Part shown: positions 24,801 through 36,666 of the stretch, one piece after another | How positions within the stretch are numbered: the first letter of the stretch is position 1 | Layout: each line of letters opens with the position of its first letter | Assembly: GCA_034780895.1 (NCBI GenBank) | Contig: JAUZTB010000098.1 | Coordinates: forward strand, 81,293,463 to 81,357,406 | Reading direction: 5' to 3' | Length of the DNA: 63,944 bases | Source of the DNA: Rhynchobatus australiae | Taxonomy: Eukaryota | Notes under the pieces: generated by a model | Told to the model about the DNA's origin: nothing | What the model saw: the letters and a program-made list of their open reading frames with translations, nothing else | The model's database searches: none | Translations under genes and position numbers: made by a program

Positions 24801-25131
24801 GAGAAGTTTCAACTAACATTGCATCCCGCTCACGTCCTACGTCCACTCTTGGGTGATAATTTGCCTTTTCAGTTATTGGTGAAAAATGGGAAGTCACAAT
24901 TTAATGGAGATCACTGGAGAAATGTGTAATGGGAGGATGGCTGGGTACATGATCACATCATTACTTTGTTTTGTGCCAATGGTTGCAGAAAGGTGGGGGT
25001 GGAGAGGAGAGCAGCTGCAAGTTGTTTTTTTTTGAAAAACAACAATCCAGTGGTGGTAACAAAATGAACCACACAGCTATAAAAAGGCATTCCAGAGAAA
25101 AAAGTCAGTGCCTGGTGGTGCATCAGGGTTG

Positions 25132-25283
25132 TCATTCCCTCTCCTCCTCTTCGGATCTGACTACAAACAACGTGCACAATACTTTGTTCCTCCTGCAGCT
25201 CCAATGTTGTGCCGAACACAGCACACTCCATTCAGTCTGCGTGTCTCTTGACCTATCAAGCACCTGAAATGGATTCTCAGCAT
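25132..25283 (-). mobile_element. PIF/Harbinger (HARBI1-like) transposase C-terminal relic
   Basis: Reverse strand across frameshifts reads MLRIHFRCL / DRSRD / VCCVRHNIG plus an acidic tail (SEEEERE). This matches the DDE_Tnp_4 C-terminal pattern LKxRFRCLD..xCCxLHN. Confidence 0.55.
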
Positions 25284-26109
25284 CTGAGGAGATAGCTTGT
25301 GGTGTCCAAATCTTGAGTCTCAGTACCTCCAAAGTGCACAAATTGACCTCACACCACACAGATTCTTAATGACTCCTTTCCCTGTGGGAGGCAAGAAGGT
25401 AGTTTTCTTGTCCTGGGTTCTATGGTTTTTTTCCCAAACAAAGCCAGGGAATCCCATCCATGAGCCATTAGTTTTGCATGATGGTGAAAATCTTAATGTA
25501 AACCATGATTTATACATTCAATAGATCAATCTTTCTCTCCAGAGAGGATTACATACAAGCAGCAAAAACAAGCCTGAGTTACACCCAGCATTATGGGCTC
25601 AACCTTCAGGCAGGCTGACAAGTTCAATGAATTTTGCCCTTGCCTGCATCTAAATCTACGTACCCATGTGCTCTGAGGAATTCATATGCAACCCCTCAAT
25701 AACTTTATTTAAAGACTCTAAATAACAGGGGAATTCATTTCCATGGCATAACAAGAACTTCAGTTTATCATTTGTTTCTCATTGTATTAACGGGCCCATT
25801 GACAATGTATGTCAGTATGGGGTGGGAGGGGAATGGGGATCATCGTTGGTTTGGAAACTTCAGTCTATTCTCAGTGTTACAGTCCATCACTTCCAGCAAT
25901 TATTCAACTCATTTCCTTTGGCTGGCTTTCATTTGCTGTCAATCACACTCTTGCACTGATGACATTTTGCTGCCCTGGTGTCTCTCTGCTTTGAACACCA
26001 GTCACATATTTTCAGGATTTATTCCTGTTGGTCGTTTCCTTGCGAAGTAGTAACTTATTCTTCCGTCGGTCTTAATGTTCAACTTCCTCCATAGTGCAGT
26101 TTATAAGTA

Positions 26110-26505
26110 ATTACAGCTGGCCTTTATTGGAACGGGCTGGAAAATAAAAATAGGGATGTCTTGCTACAACTGCATTGGGAGGTGAGACTGCACTTGGACC
26201 ATTGTGTACAGATTTGGTCTCCTTATTTAAGGCAGGATAGACTTACATTGGAGGATGTTCAGGAAAAGTTCACTAGGTTGAATTCTGGGAAGAAGGAGTA
26301 GTCTTATGAGGAAGTGTTGAACAGGTTGGGCTTGCACTCCCTGGAGTTTAGACGAATGAGTGACAAATGAAAACGTACAAAATTCTGAGGGGGCTTAACA
26401 AGGTATATAGCAAGAGCAAGCTTCCCCATGTGTGGAATCCAGAACTGAGGCATAGTTTCAAAATAAGGGAGCCCTCATTTGTAATGGGGACGAGGAGGAA
26501 GTTCT
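26110..26505 (+). mobile_element. CR1 LINE ORF2 3' fragment
   Basis: gtgagactgcacttggaccattgtgtacagatttggtctccttatttaagg (RPHLEYCVQFWSPY-like) and ctggagtttagacgaatgag. Confidence 0.8.
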
Positions 26506-26924
26506 GTCCATGAATCAGACCCATTTGGGCATTAATTTTATTGTGCAAATTCCAGTCATGAAAATTCCTTGGTGTGCTTGACTTTTGCCCTGTGTTAATC
26601 GGGCAGCTAATGATATCAGGATCATTCACTGCACACTTCCTCCACTGCTGGCAGAAATTGGAGTTTTTGTTGGGAACATACAACCTCCATTTTTAACTCA
26701 CAAGAAAAAAAATCAAAGCACTCTGTTCAGGACGTGACACAGTAATTAAAGGGTCCGCACTTTCACACTGATGTCCAGCAAAGAGAACGCAGAGTTTGGA
26801 AGATGCTGTGGCTAGGATAATGGGGAAGGAATCACTGAAGCTCCCTAACCTCCTTGCCAGTCAAGAATGTAAGGGTTATGGGGAGAAGGTGGGAGAATGG
26901 GGTTACAAAAAATAAAAAAAAATC

Positions 26925-27430
26925 AGCTACCGTCAGGCAGGAAATACAGGAGGCTGAAGGCTCACACCACCAGGTTCAACAATAGCTACTTCCCCCCAAC
27001 CATTTGGTTCTTGAACCAACTGGTAAAACTCTAATCACTATGGTTTAGCAACACTATAACCACTTTGCACTAAAATGTATTTTGTTTCTTTTTGATCTAA
27101 TTGTGTTTTCTCGTATAATTTACATTTAATTTGTTTTTCTTATGAATGCTGCTTATCTGATGCTATGTGCCTGTGATGCTGCTGCAAGTAAGTTTTTCAT
27201 TGCACCTGTGTNNNNNNNNNNNNNNNNNNNNNNNNNNNNNNNNNNNNNNNNNNNNNNNNNNNNNNNNNNNNNNNNNNNNNNNNNNNNNNNNNNNNNNNNN
27301 NNNNNNNNNNNTTTTCTTATGAATGCTGCTTATCTGATGCTATGTGCCTGTGATGCTGCTGCAAGTAAGTTTTTCATTGCACCTGTGTGTACATGTACTT
27401 GTGTATATGACAATGAACTCGACTTTGACA
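26925..27430 (+). mobile_element. Rex1/Babar LINE 3' end with gap-flanking 77-bp duplication
   Basis: ctaccgtcaggcaggaaatacaggaggctgaag..accaccaggttcaac; same family as 21795-22378. 27135-27211 is repeated at 27312-27388. Confidence 0.85.
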
Positions 27431-28957
27431 CAGACAAATCTCTTATGCCCTCTCCCCTTTAAATCCATTTGTTTCTTTATCTTCCATGCATCTCCTTTCT
27501 GCTACAAATTACTGTTTTCAATCTTGCCCCCTTGTAGACCTTAAAAACAAATTATGACAAAACAGTCAGTAATCATCTCCAACACCTTCACCGTTGCAAA
27601 ATTTGTCGTAGGGACTGTCTGCTTTGTGCACTATAAATCATTTATCACCTGACCGTCCAGGATGCTTCTTCTGATTAAATGTTAATCTCCATGCTAGGAT
27701 ATGTTTTATTTATTTAATGTTTAATTCTGCCCACTGGGGTGCCACTTCCCTGAGGGGGGAGTGTGTTAATCATCAGGTTGGTAAATTTGCCATCAACTTG
27801 CCTCTTATCTTAGCTGCTTTCAGTTGGGTTTTGGGAATAGCATATCCTTTGCAAAAGATGAATCATGAATTAATTCCTTCTTCTAAACTGTAGATCTCAA
27901 CCAATGTTTGACATACGTCTCCAGATATTTTTGGATTTTCATGCTGTCTGCACTGTTTCTATTGCACAGCTGTTAATTCTTTGATGTCTCTCCATCACAT
28001 TTTTCTCTGCACCCAGGTAGCACCAAACTGACGAGAGTTCAGATAAACCAGGTTTGCATGTAGATGGAGCATTGCAGGCAACACCTCCCAAAGTAAAGGT
28101 ATCTTTTTAAAAAGATATTCACTTGAATCTGTAGCCACAAGCAGCAGAAGTCCTCATTCTGGCTTTGCATTGAAACCAGAGGACACAGCCAGCCAGAATT
28201 CCTGATCATCACCAGCTCTCCAGACCCAATGTATTGGCCTTAAATTACCATGCTGTTTGCCAGCAGGCTTTCTGCAGACACGCATAGATAGCTGCTGCAC
28301 AAGGGTCAATCACATTCCAGGTCATAGACCAACTACTAAATCTACTCTAAATATCTTGGGTTAAAACTGCATTGAAATTGTAATGAGGTATGTTTTTACG
28401 CAAGTATGTACTGCTGTGTTTGATTATCTTGGATCTTTCAGCACAAGTAATCTGGCAAAATATACTCTTATTCTCGGGATGATAAGAAGTGGAAAAATGC
28501 AGAAACCATACTGAAATATGTAGCAAAATCAACAGACCGCAGTTGCAGAAAGCAACACATGCACTTGCCTGTATCGTGGAAAGTGAATTGCCAAATCTGA
28601 CCCAAAAACTATTCAGATATTGTATCTAATCATGAAAGTCAGCCGACTCTTAAACCCACAACCAAACCCCAGGGAGACTAACTACAAATCCATCTTGACT
28701 TTTGAAAAAACCTACCTCATTACAATTTCAATTCAATATTAGCCTAAGATATTTAAAGTAGAATTGATAGAGTCTATGAAATCAAACTGAATGAGATTTG
28801 GCAAGTATTACTGGATGACTGGATAGAGGAAATATTTTCTGCCTGGGCAAGACAACACATCTCTGTGGACAGGTAAAGCATCTTCACCAATTTGAGGTAA
28901 GCCATCCCTGTCATACCTCATTGACCTGGCAAATTCTCTTATCCTTAAATAAATATG

Positions 28958-29516
28958 CAAGATTGGTTAGGCCGCACTTAGAGTACTGAGTGCAATTCTG
29001 GTCGCCATACCATAGGAATGATGTGATTAAGCTAGAGAGGGTGCAGAAAAGATTCACAAGGATGTTATCTGGATTGCAAGGCTTGAGTTATAATGAGAAA
29101 GACTGGAATAGGATGGGTCTGTTTCCCCTTGAACAAGGAGGCTGAGATGTGACATGATAGAGGTATATGAAATTATGAGAGCCACAGATAGGGTAGATAG
29201 CCAGTGTCTGTTTTCCATGGTAGAGGTGTCTAAAACCAGGGGGCATAGGTTAGAGGTGAGACGGAGGAGTTTTAAAAGAGGATTTGAGGGCTATATTTTT
29301 CCCACACAAAGATGGAACTCTGGAAAAAGCTGCCAGTGGAGGTGGTGGGGGAAGGAACAGTAACAACATTCAAGAGGCATCTGTACAAGTACTTGAATGA
29401 GCAAAGCATAGAGCAAAGGGAAATAATGCAGGTAAATGGGATTAGTATACATGGGCACAATGGTCAGCATAGACCCAGTGGGCCGAAGGGCCTGTTTCCA
29501 TGCTGTACAACTCTAT
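28958..29516 (+). mobile_element. CR1 LINE 3' fragment
   Basis: LVRPHLEY.VQFWSPYHR..LERVQKRFTRML..DMIEVYEIMR and the 3' tail gggccgaagggcctgtttccatgctgta. Confidence 0.9.
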
Positions 29517-29689
29517 AAATTTCCAATCATGTGACCAAATAACCATATCATATCAGCTCCAGGGAGGCAGGGCTGAAAATGGGAGCAACCTTTGAATATG
29601 TGAACTCCAAAATAATAATAAAAGCCAAAGAATTTCATGTTTGCATTTTTCCTTTCGATCCAATTAAAATGAGTCAAATGAACACAAAT

Positions 29690-30505
29690 ACGTAACAAGA
29701 GGTAGAAGCAGGAGTAGGGCATTTGATCTCTCATGTCTGCTCTGCCATTCAATAAGATCATGTCTGACCTTTTACCTCAGCGTTATTACCTTGCACTAAT
29801 CCCAAATACTTTTATTCTGGAGTCAAATAGTTATAGAGTCATAGAGCACAGAGACTAGCCTTTTGGCCCACCATGTCTGAGCTGATCATCAAGTACCTAT
29901 CTATAGTAATCCCATTTGCCCACATTAGGTGCATTGCCTTCTATGCCTTGGTTATTCAAGTGACTGCCGAGATGCCTCTGATCCAAACTAAAAATATATC
30001 GATCTCTGTATTGACTCAGTGACTAAGCCTCTTAATCTCTCTTGGATAGAGAATTCCAAAGATTCACAGTCTTGCTGAAGAAATTTCTCATCTCAATCCT
30101 GAATGGCTGACCCGTTATTTTCAGACAGTGATGCCTGATTGTTAATACCCTAGCCAGGGGAATTATTGTCCCTGCACCTACCCTGTCAAACTCTAAGAAT
30201 TTTGAAAGTCAAAAATACAGCAGACATCTCACCCTATCACAGATATTCCCTCTGAAGTATCGCTTATTCCCCACCTTCTCTGGAACCTAAACCTAAATTG
30301 TTTCACTCTATCCCATTTCTGACAAAGGTTCTTCAACTTGAAACTTAACTCTATTTCTCTTTCATAGATGCTGCCTGTCCTGTTGAGTGTTTCCAGCATT
30401 TTCTGTTTTTATTCCTGTAAGGACCTTGTACACTTCAATAAGACCACCTTACATTCTTCTGAGCTCAGAGTGTAGACCCAGTCTGCTCAATCTCTCCTCA
30501 TGTGA
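29690..30505 (-). mobile_element. CR1 LINE 3' fragment with a nested second CR1 tail (about 29830-29980) and a Penelope repeat (30210-30415)
   Basis: The reverse CR1 tail (agcaggagtagggcatttg..ctgctctgccattcaataagatcatg) is collinear with 29985-30205 and 30420-30505. Confidence 0.75.
30210..30415 (+). mobile_element. Penelope-like terminal repeat, decayed hammerhead core
   Basis: ttctgacaaaggttcttcaacttgaaac..catagatgctgcctgtcctgttgagtgtttccagcattttctgttttt. Confidence 0.65.
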
Positions 30506-30717
30506 TCAGCAATAACTAATCAGGAGAGAAATTTAGAATTAACATAGTAATGTGGTGGGTGGGTTAACAAGCCACAGCCAGATACATTTATTAATGGGTG
30601 TTCCTCAGACTACCAGAACTCTACTCCCAGTTAAAATCATCATTATATCTGTTGGAGCAAAACCTCACTTGAGTGGGACGCAACCTATTCTCTGTACTTT
30701 CAGCTCAAAACGTTGCA

Positions 30718-31064
30718 CAGTAAAACTCTGATAAACTGGCATCCAATTGTTTGAAGTTCCTGATAATCTGATACCTTGGCTCCCTCATTAGTCTGAATGC
30801 AAGCCAGAGGTCTAGAGTGCAATCCAGATATTCAGCCAGAGTCACAGGTCTGTGGCTGGAGCCAGGGTTAGGGTCCAGAAACACAAGGGGCAAGGAACAA
30901 GGTTAGGTTTGCAGCCACTCCCTTTGTAACAGAGCAACATGTAGAAAACAATGAATAGAAATGTGTTGGGATATTAAGGGGAATAACATCCAAAGTCTGG
31001 AAAATCTGCTAGTCTGGCACCACCACAAAGTCCCGATGATGCTGAAATTATGAGAGTTTTAATA
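30718..31064 (+). mobile_element. Tc1/pogo (Tigger-like) non-autonomous DNA transposon (MITE)
   Basis: Left TIR CAGTAAAACTCTGATAAACTGGCATC and a degenerate right TIR GATGCTGAAATTATGAGAGTTTTAATA followed by TA. A second copy lies at 47851-48190. Confidence 0.6.
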
Positions 31065-31149
31065 TACCTTGGTGGGAGTACAAGCTGGTCATTGCCTGGT
31101 GTGACACCAAAGGTCTCATTGATTAATGGAACCAACAGACTATCCCCCA

Positions 31150-31562
31150 GAAAGAAAGGCTTGTAATTTATATAGCACATTTCACAACCTCAGGATGACC
31201 TATAGAGTTTGACACAGTCAATGAATTACATTTACAAATGCAGCAACCATCTTAGTGTCAGAAGTGCAGTAGCCAATTTGCCTTACAGTCAACTACATAA
31301 ATGGCAATTTTATGATGACTGCACAGACAAATAGATTTTGGCAAGGACATCAAAATATTGCCACATGATCTTTCCCAGCTGCCTGAATAAGCAGATGAGT
31401 TCTCATTTTAACATCTCACCTGAGAAAGAGCCACTGTGACAGTGCAGCACTCCCTTAATGCTGCACTGGAATGTCAGCTTAGATTTTTACACCCAAGCCT
31501 CCGAAGTAGGACTTGAATTAACAGCCATTTGACTCGAAGGCTTGTCTAACAAATGTGAGCTG
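31150..31562 (-). mobile_element. Deu-domain SINE, near full length
   Basis: gcttgtaatttatatagcacatttcacaacctcagga tail; tttaacatctcacctgaga..gacagtgcagcactcccttaatgctgcactggaatgtcagc; head ggacttgaa..tgactc. Confidence 0.78.
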
Positions 31563-31649
31563 TGTCTAATAACTAATCAATAAGACTGAAGAATGAGAAG
31601 AATAAGATAAAGGAATGATGGAGGAGAATGGGTTACTGTGAATAAATTA

Positions 31650-31775
31650 TTCCTCTTTTGCACTCTTTATTTTTGTAACTTATAGTAATTCTTATGTCTT
31701 TATGTCTTGCACTGTATTGCTGCCGCAAAACAACAAATTTCACAATATATGTTAGTTATAATAAACCCGATTCTG
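31650..31775 (+). mobile_element. Rex1/Babar-type LINE 3' UTR tail
   Basis: gtcttgcactgtattgctgccgcaaaacaacaaatttcac..ataataaacccgattctg. Confidence 0.6.
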
Positions 31776-33187
31776 GAATTAAAAAAAGAGACAAAGAGAA
31801 GAAAAATGTCTTTGAATTTAAAATTTGTGTAATTTTAAATCTCTAACAATTGACTACATATTGGAATAGGACTGAATAGTTTTTATAGTTCTCTATCTGG
31901 GCCAAAGAGGTTCATTGATACCACACTAGCGATTATCATAACTAGAAGTTTTGGTAACTTTTTTAAACTACCAGACAAGTTTCTGTGCAAGTTGATAGAA
32001 AATTAATGTGCCTATTCAGTAAATTCTTAAAATTACTGGGATCAGAGCAAGATGCCCTTTCTATGAGCTGATCAGAGGACCATTCTAAATTAAATGACAA
32101 ATTTCCATGATTTACAATTCAAGGCACATCTCTCAATCAGATGAATAATCAGGCTGAGTACATGAGAATAATAGTGTGCATCTTAACACGCTATTACTTT
32201 TCAGTAAGATCTGGTCCAGTGTCCTTTCCATTATTACTGTGCATTTAGTTATTTCAATAACAGTACGGCATTTAAAAAAATACTTGTTATTAGGAAAAAA
32301 AGGAAATGGCTTCTCACAGATTATATGTCAGTAAGCTGAAGTCTGCTGTAGGACTAACCCTTCCAGTCAAAACAGTTCTTATGACCGTCATGGTATTGAT
32401 TCAAGTACTCAAAATTGTATATACTTTGGCTATGCTAGTCTTACATAAATAAGGTTTGATTATATGGTGCAAGACTGTATTTGTGTGCCTATGCGGTATG
32501 TCTCATGTGAAGAAATGGAAAATGTTATTTTTCTATGATATTTGGATAAAAATTTGTGGTGCTCATGAGTTCTGTTCAAAAGTAAAATTCCACAGGTAGA
32601 CTAATTTCCAGAGTCAGTAAGCTAGAGATTTGTTTCTCCACACAACAGGGTATATTTGAAGTATTTTGGAATACATACACTAACCAGTCAGGGGGATAAT
32701 GACTTGATTTATTACATGGGATCAACAATTGGTAGCACTACCAGTTTCAGAAAAAAGTTCAACCTATTTAGAATGTAAGCTAATCAGATAAATTCAAGAA
32801 ATGGGTTAAAAAAGTGTTTGACTGGTGGATATTATACCATAGCCTGAGCAGACAGTATTTGGCTAGCTAATCAACACCAACTTTAGCTCTATATAATTGT
32901 ATAGAAAATAATAAACTGTTGTTATGTAGTTCATTAACTTGCTATGAATAATTAACACTTTCCACAACATACAGACCTGCCGAGTATTTTCGGCATGTTT
33001 TGTTTTTAAATTCAGGTTTCCAGCATCTGCAGGTTATTGATTTTCCAATTACTGTCACACAGTTAGCATCAGATGCAACCAACAAACCAGCCCAAGTGCT
33101 CAGCTATTATTCTTGTGTGCTGCTTGCAAATGGACTGGAGCATCTGATGGAAAGTCAACATCTATTGAAAACCCTGCAGCTCTGAAG

Positions 33188-33450
33188 CAGGTGATGGTGA
33201 GCTACCTTCTTGAATTGTGGCAGTGCATAGAGGTACCTCCTTGATGGTTAGGTAGGTATTCTATAGTTTTAAAGAAATGACAGTGAAGGATTGGCTGCAA
33301 GTATCAAAGATGGGATGAGGTGTGGCTTGGCAGGGAATTGGGAGGTGTTATAATTCCTGTGGAGCTGCTACTCTTGTCCTTTCAGGTGATGCAGGTCCTA
33401 TTTGGGAGATGCTGTTGAAGCCTTGGCAAGTTACTGCAGTGTATCCACCA
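33188..33450 (-). mobile_element. CR1/L2-group LINE fragment (family of 56609-57310)
   Basis: ggtgatggtgagctaccttcttgaa..cagtgaagga..gctactcttgtccttt..gagatgctgttgaagccttggcaagttactgcagtgtatc is the reverse complement of about 56960-57240. Confidence 0.65.
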
Positions 33451-34411
33451 GAAAGTAAATCTTAGAATCACTCTATAGACCCTGTTTCTTCAGGACTGAG
33501 AATCAAAAAAGTTGATGATGATTTCAGCAACATTGGACATAAGTCATGCAAAGGCACTCTGAGAGGCAATCTGCTCATTCATAACAAGGGGAAAAACCTC
33601 AACCAAGACCATTTTAAAGCACATGTATATTCAAATTAACACTTAGTCCAGAGAAATCGAAATCAAGTATCAGTTTTTGGAAGATTTGAGAAAATAGAAG
33701 ATGAGCATTACCTCTTGTATTGATAGGTGTTCCAAAAAAATATACAAAGTATTACATCACGTAGTTCTGAATAACGACCAAGGGCAGCGTTCCAAGATGA
33801 GAGAATGATTCTCCTTTTTACTGGCTCTGAGACAGGCTCTAATTGTTCCTTTTTCAGCAGGATATTCCTGGCAGTGGATCTATTTTGATGGTAGCCATGG
33901 CGATGGACTTTGATAAACAGTGATACAGAACATGTAAAGCATTGGCATGGAACTTTTAGTTAAAAGTGATTGGTAGCCTAGATAGAGAGTCCCTTCTGGG
34001 AGAAACTTCTTCAAAGCAAAGCCAGCAAACAGACAATAAATTTCACTTTTCACTCTCTTTCACCAGCCAGAGATTGAAGCTCAAAAACATGTGCAATGAT
34101 AATTGGAACCTTGTTCATTATATCAATAGGATGTTTCAGTTAGGAGTTACAAGTTTCATAAAGGATTGGCATCACTGGTTTGCCATATTTCTGAGGGCAT
34201 CTCCACATGACCCTCAATATCCCACCACCCAGCCTTTACACTCTTGTATTTGAAGGAATGCAAGACAAGAAAAAAAGTATAAACATGGTGACCTGGAAAC
34301 TAGAAAATCCCCTGACATAACAAATATCAAAAGAGCAGCAACTGAGCACCCCTTTTTTTAAAAAATAGAGCTTCAGGGACTCTCCGACACCGATTTGCCA
34401 ATTCCACAAGG

Positions 34412-34592
34412 CTCCCCAGCAACAGACATTCTGCTGGAGGAACTCACCGGGTCCAGCAACAGCTGTTGGGGGAGGGGAAGGAATTGTTGGCATTTCAGGT
34501 CAAAACCCTGCATCAGACACTGCTCAACCCACTGAGTTCCTCCAGAAGATGGTTTGTTGCTCCAGATTACACCACCTGCAGTCTCTTGTGCC
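34412..34592. mobile_element. Inverted-pair Penelope terminal-repeat insertion with 9-bp TSD
   Basis: ctgctggaggaactcaccgggtccagca ... tgctcaacccactgagttcctccag are inverted arms. TCCACAAGG occurs at 34403-34411 and 34593-34601. Confidence 0.7.
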
Positions 34593-36350
34593 TCCACAAG
34601 GATCTCCTCTGGTCTGAGTAAAGGCAGAGTCTCAGGACAAATCCAATTAAAATCCAGAAAAGGAACTGGAATTAAAAAAAACATGCAGCATGGGGAGGTG
34701 GTGGGTGGAAGAAGAGAGGATATCTAAAGACTTGTAAAACTAAAGAGAGGTACCAAATCGGGTAGAGATATTTTGAAACAGCAGAGCTGGTCAAGGGGAA
34801 GACTGAAATTGTGTGCAAGGCAAAGGAAAACAATGAGGCTAATGAAAAAAGGGGGAGTGGATGAGAGGAAAGGCAGCTGACTGAAACACTACAGTGGGCC
34901 AAAAAGGATCCAAGGCCTTAGACATGGGAACCTACCACCGAAGGTCACTGAGTGTCATAGAAAAGACCATTGATTCTGCAAATTCTAGAGTGGCCATTAC
35001 TGAAGGGCACTGCTGTCAATTTCATGCTGTTACCCAGCTTTCAGAAAAGAGATGCTTTAAAGAAGTACCTTTGAAGCTGCACAGATTACTAAAGATAACA
35101 GCTTGAAATAAGGCTCATTAAATATTAGCGCATTAATGTATTCTAATGAAATTCTCTAGTTTGCCATCTTAATGAAACTATTTTCAATAAATCACTGTTA
35201 ACTGTTGGACAAAAGAATGTTATATGCTCGACAAACCCAATCTCACCATCAAAAGGTAAGTAATCTTTTTATCTGTTTTTCCTCCTGCACTGCTATCTTG
35301 GGCTTGGAATATAAGAGGTCTTGGAGATGTTATTTCACAATGCAAAAAGCTATGCTTGAGTCACTGATAAACACAACACAGATTTGTTTTCCTTCCACAG
35401 GCTCCTGGCAAGATGGTGCTGGCCCTATTGAATAGGATTATATACAAAAGTAGTCATAACAGGTCAACATGATGCGTATCTAACTATTGGCCCATATGTT
35501 TCAGAGTTAAGTGTTTAGTTCCTCACTAATCCACTATGTCAGCATAGTCTTAAGTGCACATATTCGGGTATGTGTACATATTTTCAGACAGGCTTAATCC
35601 CCTAAAATACTTAATGTATCTGTACTGAATACTTCAAAATGTTTCTGTTAATTGCAAGCTTATTAATGCCGGTGTTAAATGAGTGCAAAAGAATTTATTG
35701 AGAGTACATTATGTGTATATCATATCCAATCATTCACATTTACAGCACGTTGTTGATTGCATCTTCATCCTAGGCCAAAAATCCAGTCAGACCCCAGATG
35801 GGCATCAAAAGCAAACCTCTTAACCAATTAGTGATCTGCTCTGACAGGCAATGAAAGTTGAGAGACTTTCAGAGATGAAGTACAAAAATACTCCATTAAA
35901 CAGAATGAAAAGCAGAACAATCTGCAAGGTAACTCCAATTACATCCAAGTCTGTTTCTGGAGAGTGTAACCAAGTCAACACTCACCCACATTCCTGTAAC
36001 TTGCACCATTTCCCCTACAACTTAAATTAAGCTGCACCTTCCATTTTAAAGCACAAGGGAAGAAAATTTATGAGCTGATTGTGGCCATTTTCTGTGATTT
36101 CAGTTTACTTTTAACTGTCCTCTGAAGTAGCCACCCTGAATTATCACAAAAGCTAATCACAGCCTGCCCAAGGGACCTCAGGAGACTACCTGAATGATGG
36201 TTTTGCCAATAACACCCTGCACATAGCAAATGAATGCAAGGAGATTTGAGCACATTTAGCTGAAACTTCATTTGATCACTTCATCTTACTTCAGAAAAAG
36301 ATGCAATTGTGTTGGAAGCTGAACCTTTTTCAATTAATTTTTTTCCTCAG

Positions 36351-36666
36351 GGTTCTTCCTCAACACTTTGTCGCACATTTCAAGGGGCAGAACTTTCACT
36401 TGCTTTCCTCCACCCTGCTTTCTGCCCACCAGCATCTTCACACCGGGGAGAGGCCGTTCACCTGCTCGGATTGCGGGAAGGGCTTCGTTCGATCATTCGA
36501 TCTGGTGATGCATCAGCAGATCCACACCAGGGAGAGGCTGTTCACCTGCCCCGTGTACAGGAACGAGTTCACTCAGTCCTCTGACCTGTGGAGACACCAG
36601 CGGGTTCACACCAGGGAGCAGCTGTACACCTGCCCCGAGTGCGGGGAGGGATTTATTTATCCGTCC
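36351..36666 (+). pseudogene. C2H2 zinc-finger fragment (one intact finger, one degenerate, two partial) behind a splice acceptor
   Basis: HQHLHTGERPFTCSDCGKGFVRSFDLVMHQQIHTRERLFTCPVYRNEFTQSSDLWRHQRVHTREQLYTCPECGEGF. The second finger has lost a Cys and later linkers are decayed. Acceptor ttttttcctcag ends at 36350. Confidence 0.8.

Noticed and set aside
30318-30350. Further hammerhead-like motifs (also 5653, 7453, 34485)
   Set aside because: Core or stem nucleotides are mutated (CTGACAA, ccAAAA, CTGATGC, unpaired stem II), so they are not called as functional ribozymes.
33712-33930. Minus-strand open frame ending at AG|GTAATG
   Set aside because: No recognisable protein similarity and no convincing acceptor.
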